A stretch of 64,000 nucleotides of DNA from Vicugna vicugna (Eukaryota): assembly GCA_013265495.1 (NCBI GenBank), contig MU058213.1, positions 3,658,001-3,722,000 on the forward strand. The letters are read 5' to 3'. Position numbers and translations under genes: made by a program. The notes below the pieces were generated by a model. The model was not told where the DNA came from and searched no databases. It saw only the letters and a list, made by a program, of their open reading frames with translations. Numbering within the stretch: position 1 is the stretch's first letter; each line of letters opens with the position of its first letter. Positions 12,850-27,452 of the stretch are shown here, one piece after another.

Positions 12850-13190
12850 GTCCATTTCTCCCTTTCCTGTGCAAGGTCCAGAACTATTAACAGCAGCCAG
12901 TCATGCTCCCTAAGCAGAAGTTTAGAAGAATCCTTCTGAAGAAGAGAGTGATGTCTGGGGAACACACACTCAGAAATCCCTTAAAATAAAGGTTGGTCAC
13001 CTGAAAGTAAAGCTCAACAGCAGGCAAGCTCGGGCTTGTCTTCAAAAATATGAACAGATAACAGAGAGCACTAGATACGTTGAAGAAAATCCCCAACATG
13101 AAGGAAGACAAAAAAAATTAACAATAAAAACTCCGAAGAGAGAGTGATTATGCAGGAAATGAAATAAAGACCAAAAAATGTTTACATCTC
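12850..13190 (+). mobile_element. HAL1/old-L1 5' region fragment
   Basis: AAATATGAACAGA...AGCACTAGATACGTTGAAGAAAATCCCCAACATGAAGG resembles the remembered HAL1 ORF start region. Confidence 0.5.
13022..13041. promoter_or_regulatory. Perfect p53-family response element (RRRCWWGYYY x2, no spacer)
   Basis: AGGCAAGCTC GGGCTTGTCT matches 20/20. The motif is certain; function is untested. Confidence 0.6.
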
Positions 13191-13438
13191 CACGTGTTAG
13201 GTAACTTCTACCCAAATTACAAAAACACAAGTCCTTAGTAATTTTATGTCATGGAATTTATCGTACTGATCCACATATGTGTGTTCATTCACAGCAGAAT
13301 TGTCAGTGTTACCAAAAGGCTAGAAACAACCTAGACATCCACCAACTGAGGTCGAAATACATAATGATTCATGTGATAGAATGAGATGAGGCCATCCACA
13401 ATTAAGAATGACTATGATTATTTAATTGTAATTATTTA

Positions 13439-13904
13439 GAGGCATACCTCAGAGATACTGTAGGTTTGGCTCCAGGCTACCACAATAAAGCAAATGCTGC
13501 AATAAAGCAAGTCACACAAAATTTTTCGTTTCCCGGTGCATATAAAAGTTGTTTATAATATACTGAAGTCTGTTAAGTGTACAATAGCATTGTCTAAAAG
13601 ACAATGTTCATACCTTAATTAAAAATGCTTTATTGCTAATAAATGCTAGCCATTACCTGAGGCTTCAGTGAGTGACAGTAATAATATCAAAGATCAATGC
13701 TCATTGTAACAATTATAATAATGATGAAAAAGTCTCAAATACTGTGAGAATTACCAAACTGTGACACAGAGACATGAAGTGAGCAAATGCTGCTGGATGG
13801 TGCCAACAGACTTGCTTAACACAGGGTCATCACAAACCTTCAATTTGTATAAAAGTGTCTGTGAAGCCCAACAGAGCGAAGCACAGTAAAACGAGGAGTG
13901 CCAG
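13439..13904 (-). mobile_element. Tigger1-derived MITE (Tigger1a-like), inserted in an old L1 3' fragment
   Basis: Ends (g)AGGCATACCTC and GAGGAGTGCCAG are degenerate Tigger1 TIRs. The internal sequence is the reverse complement of the copy at 42949-44105. Confidence 0.88.
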
Positions 13905-14262
13905 TGTATTAGAATAGTTAATAATTTATGCTCGGTTTTGCAAAGATCTCAGGATATGTTGATGGGTGAAAAAACACAAAGTACAAAACCATGTAGATAG
14001 TGTGTGAAGAAAGGGGAAAAAGTATGTAATAGTGCTTACTCATACACTATTACCAAATACAGCTGGAATGATAGAAAAAAAAATAACAGGAGCTTTTGCC
14101 TAGGAAGATTAAAAAACAGGTGGCTGAAAGGCAAAGCTGAGATGGAATTTCTTCCTTGTTTACTTTTCATGCTTCATGATTTACAATTATGTGAATATAA
14201 TCATTCAAAAATTAAAACTGATAAAATTGTAACTTCTAATCCAATAATTCCACTTCTAAGTA

Positions 14263-14480
14263 CCAATGACCCTTGAATAATATGAGACTGAATTCCATGG
14301 GTCCACTTACATGCAGATTTTAAAAAGAAAGAAATACTACTATAGTACTATGCCACCCTGCTTGTCTGAATCTGCAGATGGAGAACCAGAGACACGGAGG
14401 GCCGAGTGTGAAGTTGTAAGTGGATTTTTGGCTGCACAGGGGTCAGCACCCCAACCTGTGCAATGTTCAAGGGCCAACTA
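14263..14480 (+). mobile_element. Tigger2-derived MITE
   Basis: TA-flanked; TIRs TGACCCTTGAA...TTCAAGGGCCAACT; internal GGGTCCACTTACATGCAGATT. Confidence 0.8.
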
Positions 14481-14989
14481 TAGTCTAACTTTCAGTGTTA
14501 CTTGCATATAAGCATCAAGATACACAATTAAAAGCTGCTGAGTATAGTATTTTTTTCAGTATCAAACAAATCAGGAACTACCTATGTGCCTATGAATAGA
14601 GGGCTTAAACATTCCCCCCAACACACCCCATGGAACATTTATATTATGAAATACTGTGCAGCTGTAAAAAAAAAAAGTGTGTAATAACTTTACATATATA
14701 GATAAAGAAAGCTGCCTAGGATATATTGCTTAGTGATAAAAGTAAGAACAATATGTATAGTTTCATTTTAATTAAAACAATTTATGACTAACTGACAGAA
14801 CTCATACGTACAGAAAAAAAGAACGGAAAGATAAACCTGTTAAAGAATATTTAAATCTTGGGAGGGTAGTGCAATGAAGCAAGGAATGAAGAACAATTTT
14901 AATTTGATGCTATACTTATATAGACTGTTTTAATTTATTATCATGAATATGATTATGTATTATTCACATAATTAAAAAAATTAATTTAA

Positions 14990-15880
14990 ATATCTGATAA
15001 GGGGTTAATATTCAGGATAGATAAAGAACTCCTACAACTCAATAACATAAAAACAAACAACCCAATTAATAAGTGGACAAAAGAACGTGAACACATTTCT
15101 CCAAAGAATATATACAAAAGGCCAATAAGCATATCTTATTGTAACATGCTCGATAACACTAATCATTCAGGAAATGCATATCAAAACCCCAATGAGATAC
15201 CACCTCACACCCACTAAAAATGGCCACTATCCAAAACCCCAGAAAATAATGGGTTGAGAATGATATGGAGAACCCTGTGCACTGCTGGTGCAGTCATTAT
15301 GAAAAACATTATGATAGTTCCTCATAAAATTAAAATAGAATTACCATTACGATCCAGCAATTCCCCTTTTGAGCATATACCTCAAATAACTGAAAGTAGG
15401 GTCTTGAAGAGATACTTGTACATCCATATTCATAAAAGCATTATTCACAACAACCAAACGACAGAAGCAACCAAAGTATCCATCAGTGGAAGAACGGATA
15501 AACAAAATGTGGTGTATACATAAAATGGAATATTCTGACACGTGCTCCAACATGGATGAATCCTGAGGACGTTATGCTGAGTGAAGTATGCTAGTCACAA
15601 AAGGAGAGTGCTGTATGATCCCACTTATGTGAGCTACTTGGAATAGTCAGACTCAGAGACACAGAAAAGCAGAATGATGGCTGCCACGGGCTGGAGGACG
15701 AAGGAGGGAATGGGCAATTACTGTTTAATGGGTAGAGAGCTTCAGTTTTGCAAGAAAAGAATTCTGTGCCTGTATGGTGGTGTGGCAGCACAACATGGGT
15801 ACACTTAGTACTACCCAACTCAACCTAAAATTGGTTATGATTTTAAATTTCACATGTGTATTTTACCACAAATAAAAATA
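14990..15880 (+). mobile_element. L1MB-like 3' end
   Basis: TATCTGATAAGGGGTTAATA, AATGAGATACCACCTCACACC, and terminal TATTTTACCACAAATAAAAAT. Confidence 0.88.
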
Positions 15881-18719
15881 ATACATGAAATATTATACTA
15901 TAAGCAAGGCTTAGTGCAAGGTTTTAAAAAAAATTATCTATTTGGGAAGAGGAATTTTTCCTCCTTTTCTTAACGCATCTGAGTTCTAAAGTCACTTACT
16001 TCTCCCATTAGCCATAGTAGCTCATTTTGGATGGCAACATGTAAAACCAGGCTAAGGATCGCAAGTGGTGGAGTCAGGATTTAGAAGGAGCCTGGATCCC
16101 TGTTGATACTACACAGCTGGTGAAAGGAAAACTGAATTCTTTCTTCTTGCATCTACTGTTCCTTGGATGTTCTATTATATAAAAATGAACTTGATCCCTA
16201 ATGGATGAGGCTAAAAAAAAAAATCTGTTCTCACTACCTTATGCCTCTATTTTTCATTACTTTTTATTTTTCCAACCCTTTAAAAATCAGTCTCTACTCA
16301 AGGTCTTTACTTATCACCTATCTACTTTTTATGGCACTGAAATCAGGCTTCATTCCCTAAGACAATAGGTAAACTGCTCTGTAGATTCCAGCGGCCTATT
16401 AACTGACAAATAATGGACTTTTTTCTTACCTTCCTCTTAGACTGCCTGAGACAGGAGACTGGAGTGAATTCCCTTCTCAAAATAATCTCTTTTCTCACAT
16501 TATGACACAAAATTGCTTTCTTGTTTCTGTTTTAAATTCCTTCTCATTTTTGGAGGGCTCTTGCTCCCCTTGTTCCTAATTCCTGAATACCAATTCTCTC
16601 CTTAGCCTTACAGTTTCTCGCTTTCTGACATGTTGTTTTATTGCTTAAGTTTCCAGTGGCCCTGAATGATCCACATATGGAAGAAGTCTAACTTTTCTGG
16701 CCTAGTCTCTGATATCTTCTCTTGAACTCTGATTATAATCCTCCTGCATTAAGTACTGCACCCTCCACCTAGAATGCTCTTCTGACTCCCTAGTCTGCTA
16801 TGTAAACTTGTTTGTACACAAGTGACCTCTTCTGTGACGCCTCCCCTCAAACCACCAAGTTGAGCTAGTAATTTTTTCTTTGCACCCACTTATTTATTGG
16901 CTTATTTCTCCTATTTGAGGGCCAGGATTGTGTGTATATAGTGCTTGATGAATTAATGCACTCAAATTAATTTATTTTTAAATCATTTCTTTTAATTTGT
17001 TGATTGCAGTAAAGCACTATTAATTTCTGCCACGATCTCTTTGTCCTCAGCAGTGGTAATGGTGAAGTTGTAATAGCGTTAGCTAAAAGTAAAGTACTTA
17101 GTGCCTATCAATCGTCGCAAGTCACATTAGGGGCAGACAAAAACGTTAAGGTAGTAAGAGCGGTGATGAACTGATAACTGAAAGATTCGACACATAGAAT
17201 AACTGGGTTCATGGACACACAGTTTACATGGCTGGAGTTATTGGAAAGGACTGATTTTAAATTAGGAGACTTGGTTTGTAGTCTCACTTATGACTGTAAC
17301 ATGTATTAGCACAGTTGGTGTGATTTTGGACGAGTCAGTGAGCCGTCTCTACAAATATGTCAAATAAGAGAACTAGTTCCTTTCCTGATATAATATTTAC
17401 AATTCTAGCTTTATTCTGCCACTGTGCTATCAGTGCTCTTTTTATTAACTACTGTAAAGAGTTGAGGAGGGAAAGAGCAAATGAGGACTCTCTGAAAGTA
17501 CGAGTGGTCAGAAACATAGAGATGACAGACTATCAACTATGCCCTTAAGAGTCAAGTCACTGGAAATACAAGTAAAAGAGAAAACTGAGATAAGGACCGC
17601 TGTGAGATAGGTCACACCAAGGAAGCAAAAAAACCCCCGAAACTTAACCTGAAAAATAACAACTTAAAGGCTAGACAATGTATTTAGGGTACCAACTCAG
17701 ACATTAAAACTATTAATGCAAACTTAAATGATAAAAATCTTTAACTGATTTATATCTTAAGGCATATTTAATATCCATATTTACCTGTCCAATATGAACA
17801 AAAAATTAGTAATGCCAAAATTGATCACTTTTATGTTTTAGTTTACTATTTCCAATCAGTTAAAAATTTTTAAAATACAATTAAGGCTTGGCAAATGCTA
17901 CTGTAAAATTTTTAATTTTAAAAATAATAGCAATTGGAACAAGTTTCTAGAGGTATTAGGGATTAATGCAAAAAGAGCCCAGCCTTGAAGTCAGAAAATC
18001 CAGTTTCAGATTTGTCTAGAGCAGTTCATTCTCTGTATCACAAGGACCTCATCCATAATCCAGGAATAATATCTACCCTGCACATATGCTTAATCCTGAC
18101 CTAGATTTTAGGTAGGTGAAAAACATTTATATGTCATTTAAGTTATGAAATGTTCATTATTTTAAAGCTCTTAAAACGAATATGTTACTAGAATCTGTTT
18201 CTATCTTCAAGGCTGTACTAAGAATTTAACGTACATTAACTAATACAACAGAAATTACAAACTTCATTAGAAAACACAAAAGTATCACACATACAAAGCT
18301 AATGATTATACACAAACTAAAAAATTAAAACAATCATATTCCTTAAAATATCAAATAGATTTTTTTCTTTTTAAAGCATATGAAGAGAACATTTGTGTAC
18401 CAGGAAACACTGCAGCCAAAGTTGTCAAGTTTACAAATCTGAACATTTGTGGCTCTACCCAGAATGAAAGCAAACAAATTTTCAGGAATGCTAAAACAGG
18501 CTATATATTATTTAGTAAGAACTCCATTTAAGATTAATGCTTGTGTTTCTCTACCATGCAGCAGGAAAAAGCAGCAGGAGCTGTGGTTGCTGCTGCCTCT
18601 GTTGCTAAGTGTTTGCATACACCACAGTTTTGGAACTGGTTCACCCCACCAGCTTCTTCTATCAGTCAGATCTTAAAACCACGGACAATTTTAGATTAAA
18701 AACTTTAGAAACGTAACAG

Positions 18720-21700
18720 TGAAAACTGCCTAAAACAAAATGACATAAATGGTAAGAATAAAAGGATGGACAAATACATACATATACTAGAAAGATATCC
18801 AGAATGGGTTGCAAACACTGATATCAAAGGAGAATTTAAGACAAAATACATTTAATATGACACAGAATCATTTTTTTGTTGACAATAAGCAAAAACTGTA
18901 ATAAAGATACATAATCATGAGCGTTTTTGTCTAACATCCCCAAGATCTTTGAAACAAAACCCATGAAGAATACTATGAGGAACTGCGACAAATGTCGCCT
19001 TTGTAAGAGATTAACACACTACTCATGCTCAACTAATTAAGCAAACAAAAGAGTAAGAATTTTTTACAGAATCAAAGGATTTGAAAGTCATAGGAAAGTG
19101 GATTTAGTGCTTATCAATATATAGTCAATATACAGTGTGAATAAAGAGAATGTCTAGAAATATTTGTAAAAACTGATAATGTAGCTAAAAGTAAACCTCA
19201 ACAAATGTAAAAAATCAGAAATTGAGTAAGCCACATTCTTTGACAGAGTAATAAAACTAGAAATTGAAAAAGTACAAAACAAAATGGAAAAAAACCCCAA
19301 CTCCCTCAAGCACATGAAAAGTTAAAAAAAAAACACTTCTAACTATTTTGAGTCAAAGAAGAAATCAAAGTTATAACCGCACACTATTAGAAAATAATGG
19401 TAATTGTAACAAATTGTATCCACACCTAAGGAATATGGCCAAAACTACAGTAAAAGGCAAATTTGTGGATATAAATATTCTTATCTTAAATATGAAAAGA
19501 ATGAAAACGAAATAAGCATTCCATTTAAAAAGGAAAAAAAAAAACCAAGAAAATCAGGGTAACAAAAATAACACACCTAAAAACGAGACATCAGACAAAA
19601 AAATAAAACTGACATATTAATCTTAGTTTTTGAAAAAAGAAAACCAATAAAAATAAACTACAGCTAAGTATAATTTGAAAAAAAGAGGAAAATTCAACTG
19701 AATAAAACAAGAAATATGAAAAAGGATGTAACAGATAAAGAAGATATTCAATTTATGAGAGAATAACATACGTATTGCTATACTAATACACTTGAAAAAT
19801 CTGAATGAATTCCAGGAAAAACCAATTACAAAAACTGACTTATGAAGTAAAAAAACTAACCAAAAAAAAAAAAAACCCACAAAAATATTGTCAAAGAATT
19901 ACCTCCAACAAAGGCTCAAGGCCTAGATGGTTTTATAGTTGAGTTCTTTAAAACTTTCAAGAACAAATAAGTCCCATGCTATATAAACTGTTTCAGAGCA
20001 CAGAAAATTAGGGAAAGAGTTCCAATTCACTTATGAAGCTGGCCTAACCCTGATATCAAAACCTGACAAAACTAGCACAAAAAAAGCTAATTACAGACCA
20101 AACTCACTTATGAGTATAGATGCAAAGATCCTTAATAATATACTTGAAAACAGAAATCAACAGTATGTTAAAAGATTACACATCTTGACAGGAAGAGGGA
20201 ATACTAGGAATAAAAGAAGGGTCTATGTTAGGTAGTATCTTTATATAATATATCCCATCAATAGGTCAAAGTAGAAGCACTGAATAATCTTCACAGATGC
20301 CCAAAAAGCATTTGATGAATTTCAATATCCATTTCTCATAAAACAGCAAATAAAATCTTGGTCAATTATAAATGATACATCCTTAACATCAAAGAACTGT
20401 AAGAGGAAATGACACCTATCATTGCTATTATTTAAAATCAGATTAAAATCAATTAAATGTAATTAAATAAAGAGAATAAGGAAGATACACAGGATAAACT
20501 GTAACCAGAGGGGTCAAAAGTAACAATTGGAAAATTAGAATTAAACAAAGTTCAGTAAATATAAAATGTGCAACATAAATACTAGTCTATAGATATCCTA
20601 CAAACCAAAACCAATAATAAAACAACAGTAAAATATATTTTTCATAATATAACACAATAAAAATTTGTAAGGAATAAACTGAAGGAAAATTAGTAGACTT
20701 AACTGAAGGAAAAGTACCTAAAATTTTACTAACGGGCATGAGAAAGATGTTAATTAAGAAGCATACTTCTAGCCCCAAAGTTAATTTTTCTAAAGTAAAA
20801 TTTCACATTTAATGTTTTCTAAATTGAAATTCCTTTGAAGTTTCTCTTTTTAAAAAAATTAGAAAACTGACTCCAAATTTTATATGGAAAAAATTAATTG
20901 GTATGAAAATAAAATCATGGAAAAATTTGAAAAACAAGGATAATGAAGGAAGAAGAATGGTCCTCCCAGCTTTTTAAAGATTTAATAGCTAAAATACCTA
21001 AAAGTGGTATGGTACTAGAATAAGAATAAAAAATACAAAGGAAAAAATTAAGTCCGAAAGACTTTAGTAAGGTAAAAGTTACATTATAGATAAGTACTAA
21101 GAGAAAAAAAAAATCAGCAAATAAGACTCAGATAATTAATTAACCATTTGGAAAAAACTAAAATTAGTCCCTTACCTTATGGCATTTATCAAAATAAATG
21201 TATCATTTAGTCCAGATGGATTAAGGGTTATATGTAAAAAATGAAGTAAATAATATCTGGAAAAATACATGTAAGTATTCAGCTGCTAGTGGTAAGAGGA
21301 AGTTCTTTCTAAGCAAAACAGCAGTGTCATAAGGTGCAAAGAAAGTACACAGACCAGACTACTTACACAAAAATTAAAATTAAATAATAAACTAGTTTTG
21401 AAAAAATGTTTACATTTTTCATAGTTAATATCCTTAATATGTAAAGGTTCATAAGACAGCAATCCCAGTTGTAATAATTTAAATTATATAGTCAAAAGTG
21501 TTCACTGTAGTGTTATTTCTAATTGTTCTCCCATTCAAGAACTTTGTAAACAGTGGGGTCAAATTTGGTTGAACATTAGCATGAACATTATACATGACAA
21601 GAAGGCATTAGGAAAAATATTTTCTTTTTTACACATTTATGACCAACTGCTAAAACTTTCATGATGAATACATATTACTTTTCCAGTTAGAAAAATAAAC
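18720..21700 (+). mobile_element. Highly degraded old L1 ORF2 and 3' region (L1ME/L1M5-like)
   Basis: A-rich strand bias plus GGCCTAGATGGTTTTATAGTTGAGTTCT, CCCTGATATCAAAACCTGACAAA and GATGCCCAAAAAGCATTTGA motifs. Confidence 0.8.
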
Positions 21701-24700
21701 ACATTAATCATCATTTTCATAAACACACATGATTATCAGACTTCAAAAGTTTCAACAAATATAAAAGTCCAAAATGGTCTGTAAATCAAACTGTCTTTGC
21801 ACGCTGAAACTCCCTTAAACCTTTTGATTCTATTAATATCTTAAATTGGCATAAATACCGTTAAAAGAAACCACACTGTCTTAGATTATATCTTAATTTT
21901 TTTCTCTCAAAGGAATTTTGATTTTATTGGTTATTGAAGTGATTGTCACAAAAATGTACCTAACCATGACTGCAATGAATTATACCAGGGTCAATATGCA
22001 AAAGGAATAGCTTAAAATAAAGGTGTATTTCATATTAATAATATTTTTTTCAATGAATATTTAGAACAGAATCAATTTAAGATTTGTCATTCTACATTAA
22101 GTTTTTATTCAGGAAACCTCATTAATGCACTCCAAATTGGAAGATGGACTAGTCTAAAAGGCATTTAGAAAAGGACAAAATTTCTCTAAAAGTCTTTACT
22201 GGCAGGAAGTGTTATTTACGTCTAATTGAAATCTTTCCTTCTGTAATTTAAACCTCCTGTCATTAAAAAAAAAATAGCTATACTCCATTTTGCTTTCTTC
22301 AAATAACATATTAAAAAAATTTTAAGCAGCTATTTCCTAATACTTTGATCTACTTCTTGCCTGTCTCTAGTCTTCCTACATTTTTCTCTCAAGTTATTTA
22401 AACCCACATAGCAAATTATGGTTTTAGGCAATGTACAGTCAAATGAGACACTAGCTTGGAGCTCCGACATGCAGTAATTCTGTGGAAACACAAACATACT
22501 TCCCTCTGAGCACATGGACTGCTACTAACAGACGTTACTGTGCTGTGTCTCTTCCACTCGTATTATTTGTATGCACACATACTGATTGAATACAAACACA
22601 TTCATACATGCGCAGCTTATTTACTCACGCTAGGTGGAAGTTCTAGACAACTTTATTTCTAACTACTCAACCTATCCTACCCACTAAGCTTGATATAGCA
22701 CTCCAACTTAACAAGTTCATCTTCTCACCTATTATGAACTACTACTCATGGAATCTGACTTCTAGCCTTGTATCCAACAACGCTGAGAAATTTTGGGATG
22801 CTGGAAGAGTCACCTAACTTCCTTGAGTTTGAACATTTCATCTCTACAATGGGGATGGGAGTGCACTAGAAGACTTACAAAGTCTTATAACACTGAAATG
22901 TTATCAAGGTCAGGGATCAGATTCCTTTCTAATTACTCAATATTAAACTAGTGCCTACTATATGGAAATACTGTGTAGAATACAACAGTAAATAAAGTAT
23001 ATTTTTAGTGAAATGTTTTTTGAACTAAAATATCCAAACTCAGTTGCAGTCCTGTAGTAAAGTACTGCACTGATTATACAGAGAGACAATCATTAGCATA
23101 ATCCTTTCAAATTCTATGAACAGAACTGGTATTTCTTTCCTAGTCACATTATTATCAAAAATTTCCCTTACTGATTACTTCCTGTTTAAACGCTAGTCTA
23201 AGTCATTTCCTTTTACCTCAATTGCTCTCTACTGAATTACAAATTAATTGCTCAAAATTGGAGCTCTCATTCCGTGCCCCAGAATGACGTTAAAGCCTGG
23301 GTTCTCTTTTGTTTAGGAAAAAATCTTTGATCAGTGAAAAAATTTGTAAGAATTTACAGGGACCTTAGAACATCATTTCATAGAAAAATATTACAGAAAA
23401 ATATAACTATGCCTTGCCCAAAGCAGGAAACTTTTAGGAACTTAAGGACTGCTTTAATGGTTCAGAGTCACAGTTCCGCAAATGCGGTGTGCTGCCTTTA
23501 ATGGTGATGCAAAGGGTGTGCAGTGGAAGGACATCACTTCAAAAATACATGACTATCCTGGGTTCTCTTATTAACTCACTATGGAAATGTCTTGCATTAA
23601 TTTGCTTGATTTGCCTTTTGGGAAAGTCACAAGACATCTTTCGAAAACTACTTCCTCAACATGTCCTATCTCAGACAACTTTTAGAATTTTAGACCAAAA
23701 AGAAACCTCATACTTCTTCAATATCTCATTTTACAGATAATGCAACCGACAAAGAGTGGTTAAAACACATGTTCAGATCACATGAGTTTAAGAGAAGATC
23801 TATTCTCTTGATCCTCAATCCAGGGGTCTTTATATCACACATTTGCCTGGTTTTAATAAACTTTTAATAAATTTAAATTTGCTTCTTTGTAGTTTCCTAA
23901 GGCTATCTTTCTTTAATTAACTTGAATTTAGTGAAGAATTCATGCTTACTAGATATATTTTCATATTCTTGATTAGGGCAGAAGCTGTGTCCTATTCATT
24001 GTATCCTCAGAACTTGTATCAGGGTCTGAGATGGCACGTAGCACGGTATTCAACAGACTGCTGTAGATTGGGAGAATGAACTTTACAGACTTGGATTACA
24101 TGCACTCTTAGCTTTAATCTTCCTGAAGAGAAAAAATTTAAGGCTCTTCAGTCTAACTTTCTTCCCTTGATCATTTCAGACATTTCTCTTTAGGCTTTCT
24201 CCAGCTTCATTATGTTTTTTAAGGTGAGGGAATCAGGATTTTGAATGAGGGGAGAAAGTTTTCTTCCTAGATACCAATAATCCTCCCAGTGAGTGTAGTT
24301 CTTTGAATCATCTTACACTGGTTAACAGCAACACTTATTTGACACCTTTCTTCCAAATTGCATAAGCACAACAAATAGATGCTCCTTGGTTTAATGTTTC
24401 AATACCCAGAAAATTTTGGTTTAATTTACTCTGCCAGAACAAATTCCCTCTTCCAAATCAATTATAAAATGTTAAACAAGACTAGATTTAGCATCTATTA
24501 ACTTTTCTCTATTCAGAAAGGCTCATTACCCTCTCTATTTTTGTTTCCTGTGTTTAAATAAATTATCTGTACAATCAAAATTATTTGAGTGTCTTATAGG
24601 TGCAAGTTACTGAGCTCCTTCATCTACAAGTGAGTAATTCACAACATTCCAGAAACTCACCTTTTCCTCAGGTTAGTACAGAAAAGTATTAGAAAAGTTT

Positions 24701-25077
24701 TGGATTCATGAAAAAGGCCTTTAAGAAGTCTAAATAAAAAACATGTTTTAGGTTTTCCTTAAGCACTGATTTATTTATTGCCTTACTGTCCTGAACTCTA
24801 TAGGAATCCTCTTATTTAGCAACCGTACTCCATTGTCCCTCTATCCTCAGACATCTCTCCTATCATCCAGAAGAACCCCAGAGAAATCCTTTTATTCAGT
24901 AATCCTGTCCTTTATTACATATGCTACCAGAGAAGCTGAGAGATGGAAGGAATCTTAGAGATTTCTAAGTTAAACTCCCATAAACCAGCATGATATTCAC
25001 CAATGGTAAGACAAATCGTTGCAGCCAAGTATAGTACTTAAGCTCTTTAAAACATCAGCTATTTGACATAATACTTA

Positions 25078-25305
<228 letters not shown>

Positions 25306-26602
25306 CTATACAAGGCCAAACCAAACTCAGGACATAAATTACATGCCGTTATCGAAATACAAATTGTCCACCAGGGGCTGTGAGCCACTTTCATGGCTAG
25401 TGTCCTACTGAAGTTACTGCCCTGTTCTAACCATCCCCATGGTCTCTAAAGTGGCAGAGGTGATGGAGTATAGAAAACAAGATATCTGTTTTGGTCAAAA
25501 TTACCTCTAAGGGGATATTTGCTCACTTACTTCCTGTTCTTTGCCTAAATTTACCAAATCATCGAAACTCTAAAATGAAAGTCAGAGGGAAAATTGTTTA
25601 TTTTCTACTTGCTTAGCATTAAGTACCTACCTTGAAATTTCACTGAAGCACTCTATGGCTCCAGAATGGAAGTCACACTGGAATGATCCTTAAAGGGCAA
25701 ATCTACCTCTACAGTCCCTCCTATAACTGGGCCTCCTTTACAGGCCAACACCTCCACTAAACACCATACATTTTTATTAAATGGCAGTGTCATTTACAAA
25801 CTAATTCCATGAAAAGGACATCTAAGATAGTATGAGGGAAGCTCCCCTACTGATTCTGACATTCCTGTCAGCTACAAAAGCAGTAATGTATGTAATTCCA
25901 AAGAAATTTATGAGCACGTTTCTTAGACAGAAATCTATTAAAATAGTGACAAAAATTTGGTCTGAGGAAACAAGCAACAAATTTTTCATTCCATTTCTTT
26001 TTGTACACAATTTTAAAGTAATAGAATGTTAAGTATAAAATACATGAATGAAATGAATTCTGAGAAATACTTAAAGAGGGTAAAGAAATCCTTTTAAGAA
26101 CAGAATGCAGGAACCAACAACTTCTCTATTTTCTAAATGAGATTATTAAATAGTTTTCTAAACAAAGCACAATAATACGCCTAAGCACTTAAAACATCAT
26201 ACATTAATCACAAATTCATGTTATACAGGCAATCCACTTTTTTTCTTTTTTATATTCTGTGATCTGCTTACCCGACAGTATCTAAAAAAATTCTTGCACT
26301 TTTCTGCTCACATTAGTTACCTGTTTTTTTCTTTGGTTTTCTGTTCAATTTTCAAAATCTTCCACACTGCATAAATATATTGATCTGCTTATAAAACGTA
26401 CTAAGTAAAATCGCATTTTGCAGCATTTACCCAGGTATATAAATGAATCAGCAAAAACTATGGGTAAACACTTAACCAGTGTGATCAAAGACTAGAAAAG
26501 ATCTATTGTTTTGCCATTCCATTTTGTGAAGACGTTAGGAAGAGTGTACAATAATGACAACCACAACACATACACACAAATACTGTAACTAAAGCAGAGC
26601 TA

Positions 26603-26728
<126 letters not shown>

Positions 26729-27249
26729 TTAAAAAATTTTTGTTTCTCCCTCAACAAAATTTACTAACACCTCCCTAAAAAATACTGACTGTTTAAATTT
26801 AAACCAGATGGAATGAATCATTTGCCAAAGAAAACAAAATCTAGGCTTTTTTCTCATCACTAAAATAATACGGTTGCTTGATACATTTATTGCACATAAA
26901 AAGTTGGTTAATAAGAGAAAAATGGTACTTTACTGTTAACTCTAATACTCTAGGTATAAATAAAATCATAGACCAATGCTTAGACAAAAATTCCTCATTT
27001 TAAATCACATTTAAAGAAGGAGGGCTGTACAATATTACAGGAGAAGTACTAGACCCGGAGTCAAGAGACTATTAGCTGGTCAAGGCCTAACCATTTAACT
27101 GGTTACGAGGCTTCCATGTGCTGGCAAATTTTCCTTAGAAATGTAAAATGAATGAGGATTTCTAGGATCCTTTTCTAATTCTCAGAAGCCTAGAACATGT
27201 GACTGATGATGCTACTGTCACCTGGGGTGGAACTGAAGTTTAAAAAATA

Positions 27250-27452
27250 CAGCCATCCCTCCATATCAGTGGGGGATTGGTTCCAGGAACACTCCTCAGA
27301 TACCCAAATCCACGGATGCACGAGTCCTTTATATGAAACAGTGCTGTACAGTCAATCCTCCTTATCCACAGGTCCCTCCATATCCAAGGAATCACGTTCA
27401 GTCTAGGATTGGTGCCACAAATGTGGAACCCTTGGATACAGAGGGCCAACTG
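27250..27452 (+). mobile_element. MER2-family (TcMar-Tigger) MITE
   Basis: TA|CAGCCATCCCTCCATATC...GGGGGATTGGTTCCAGGA...GGATACAGAGGGCCAACTG|TA. Confidence 0.85.
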
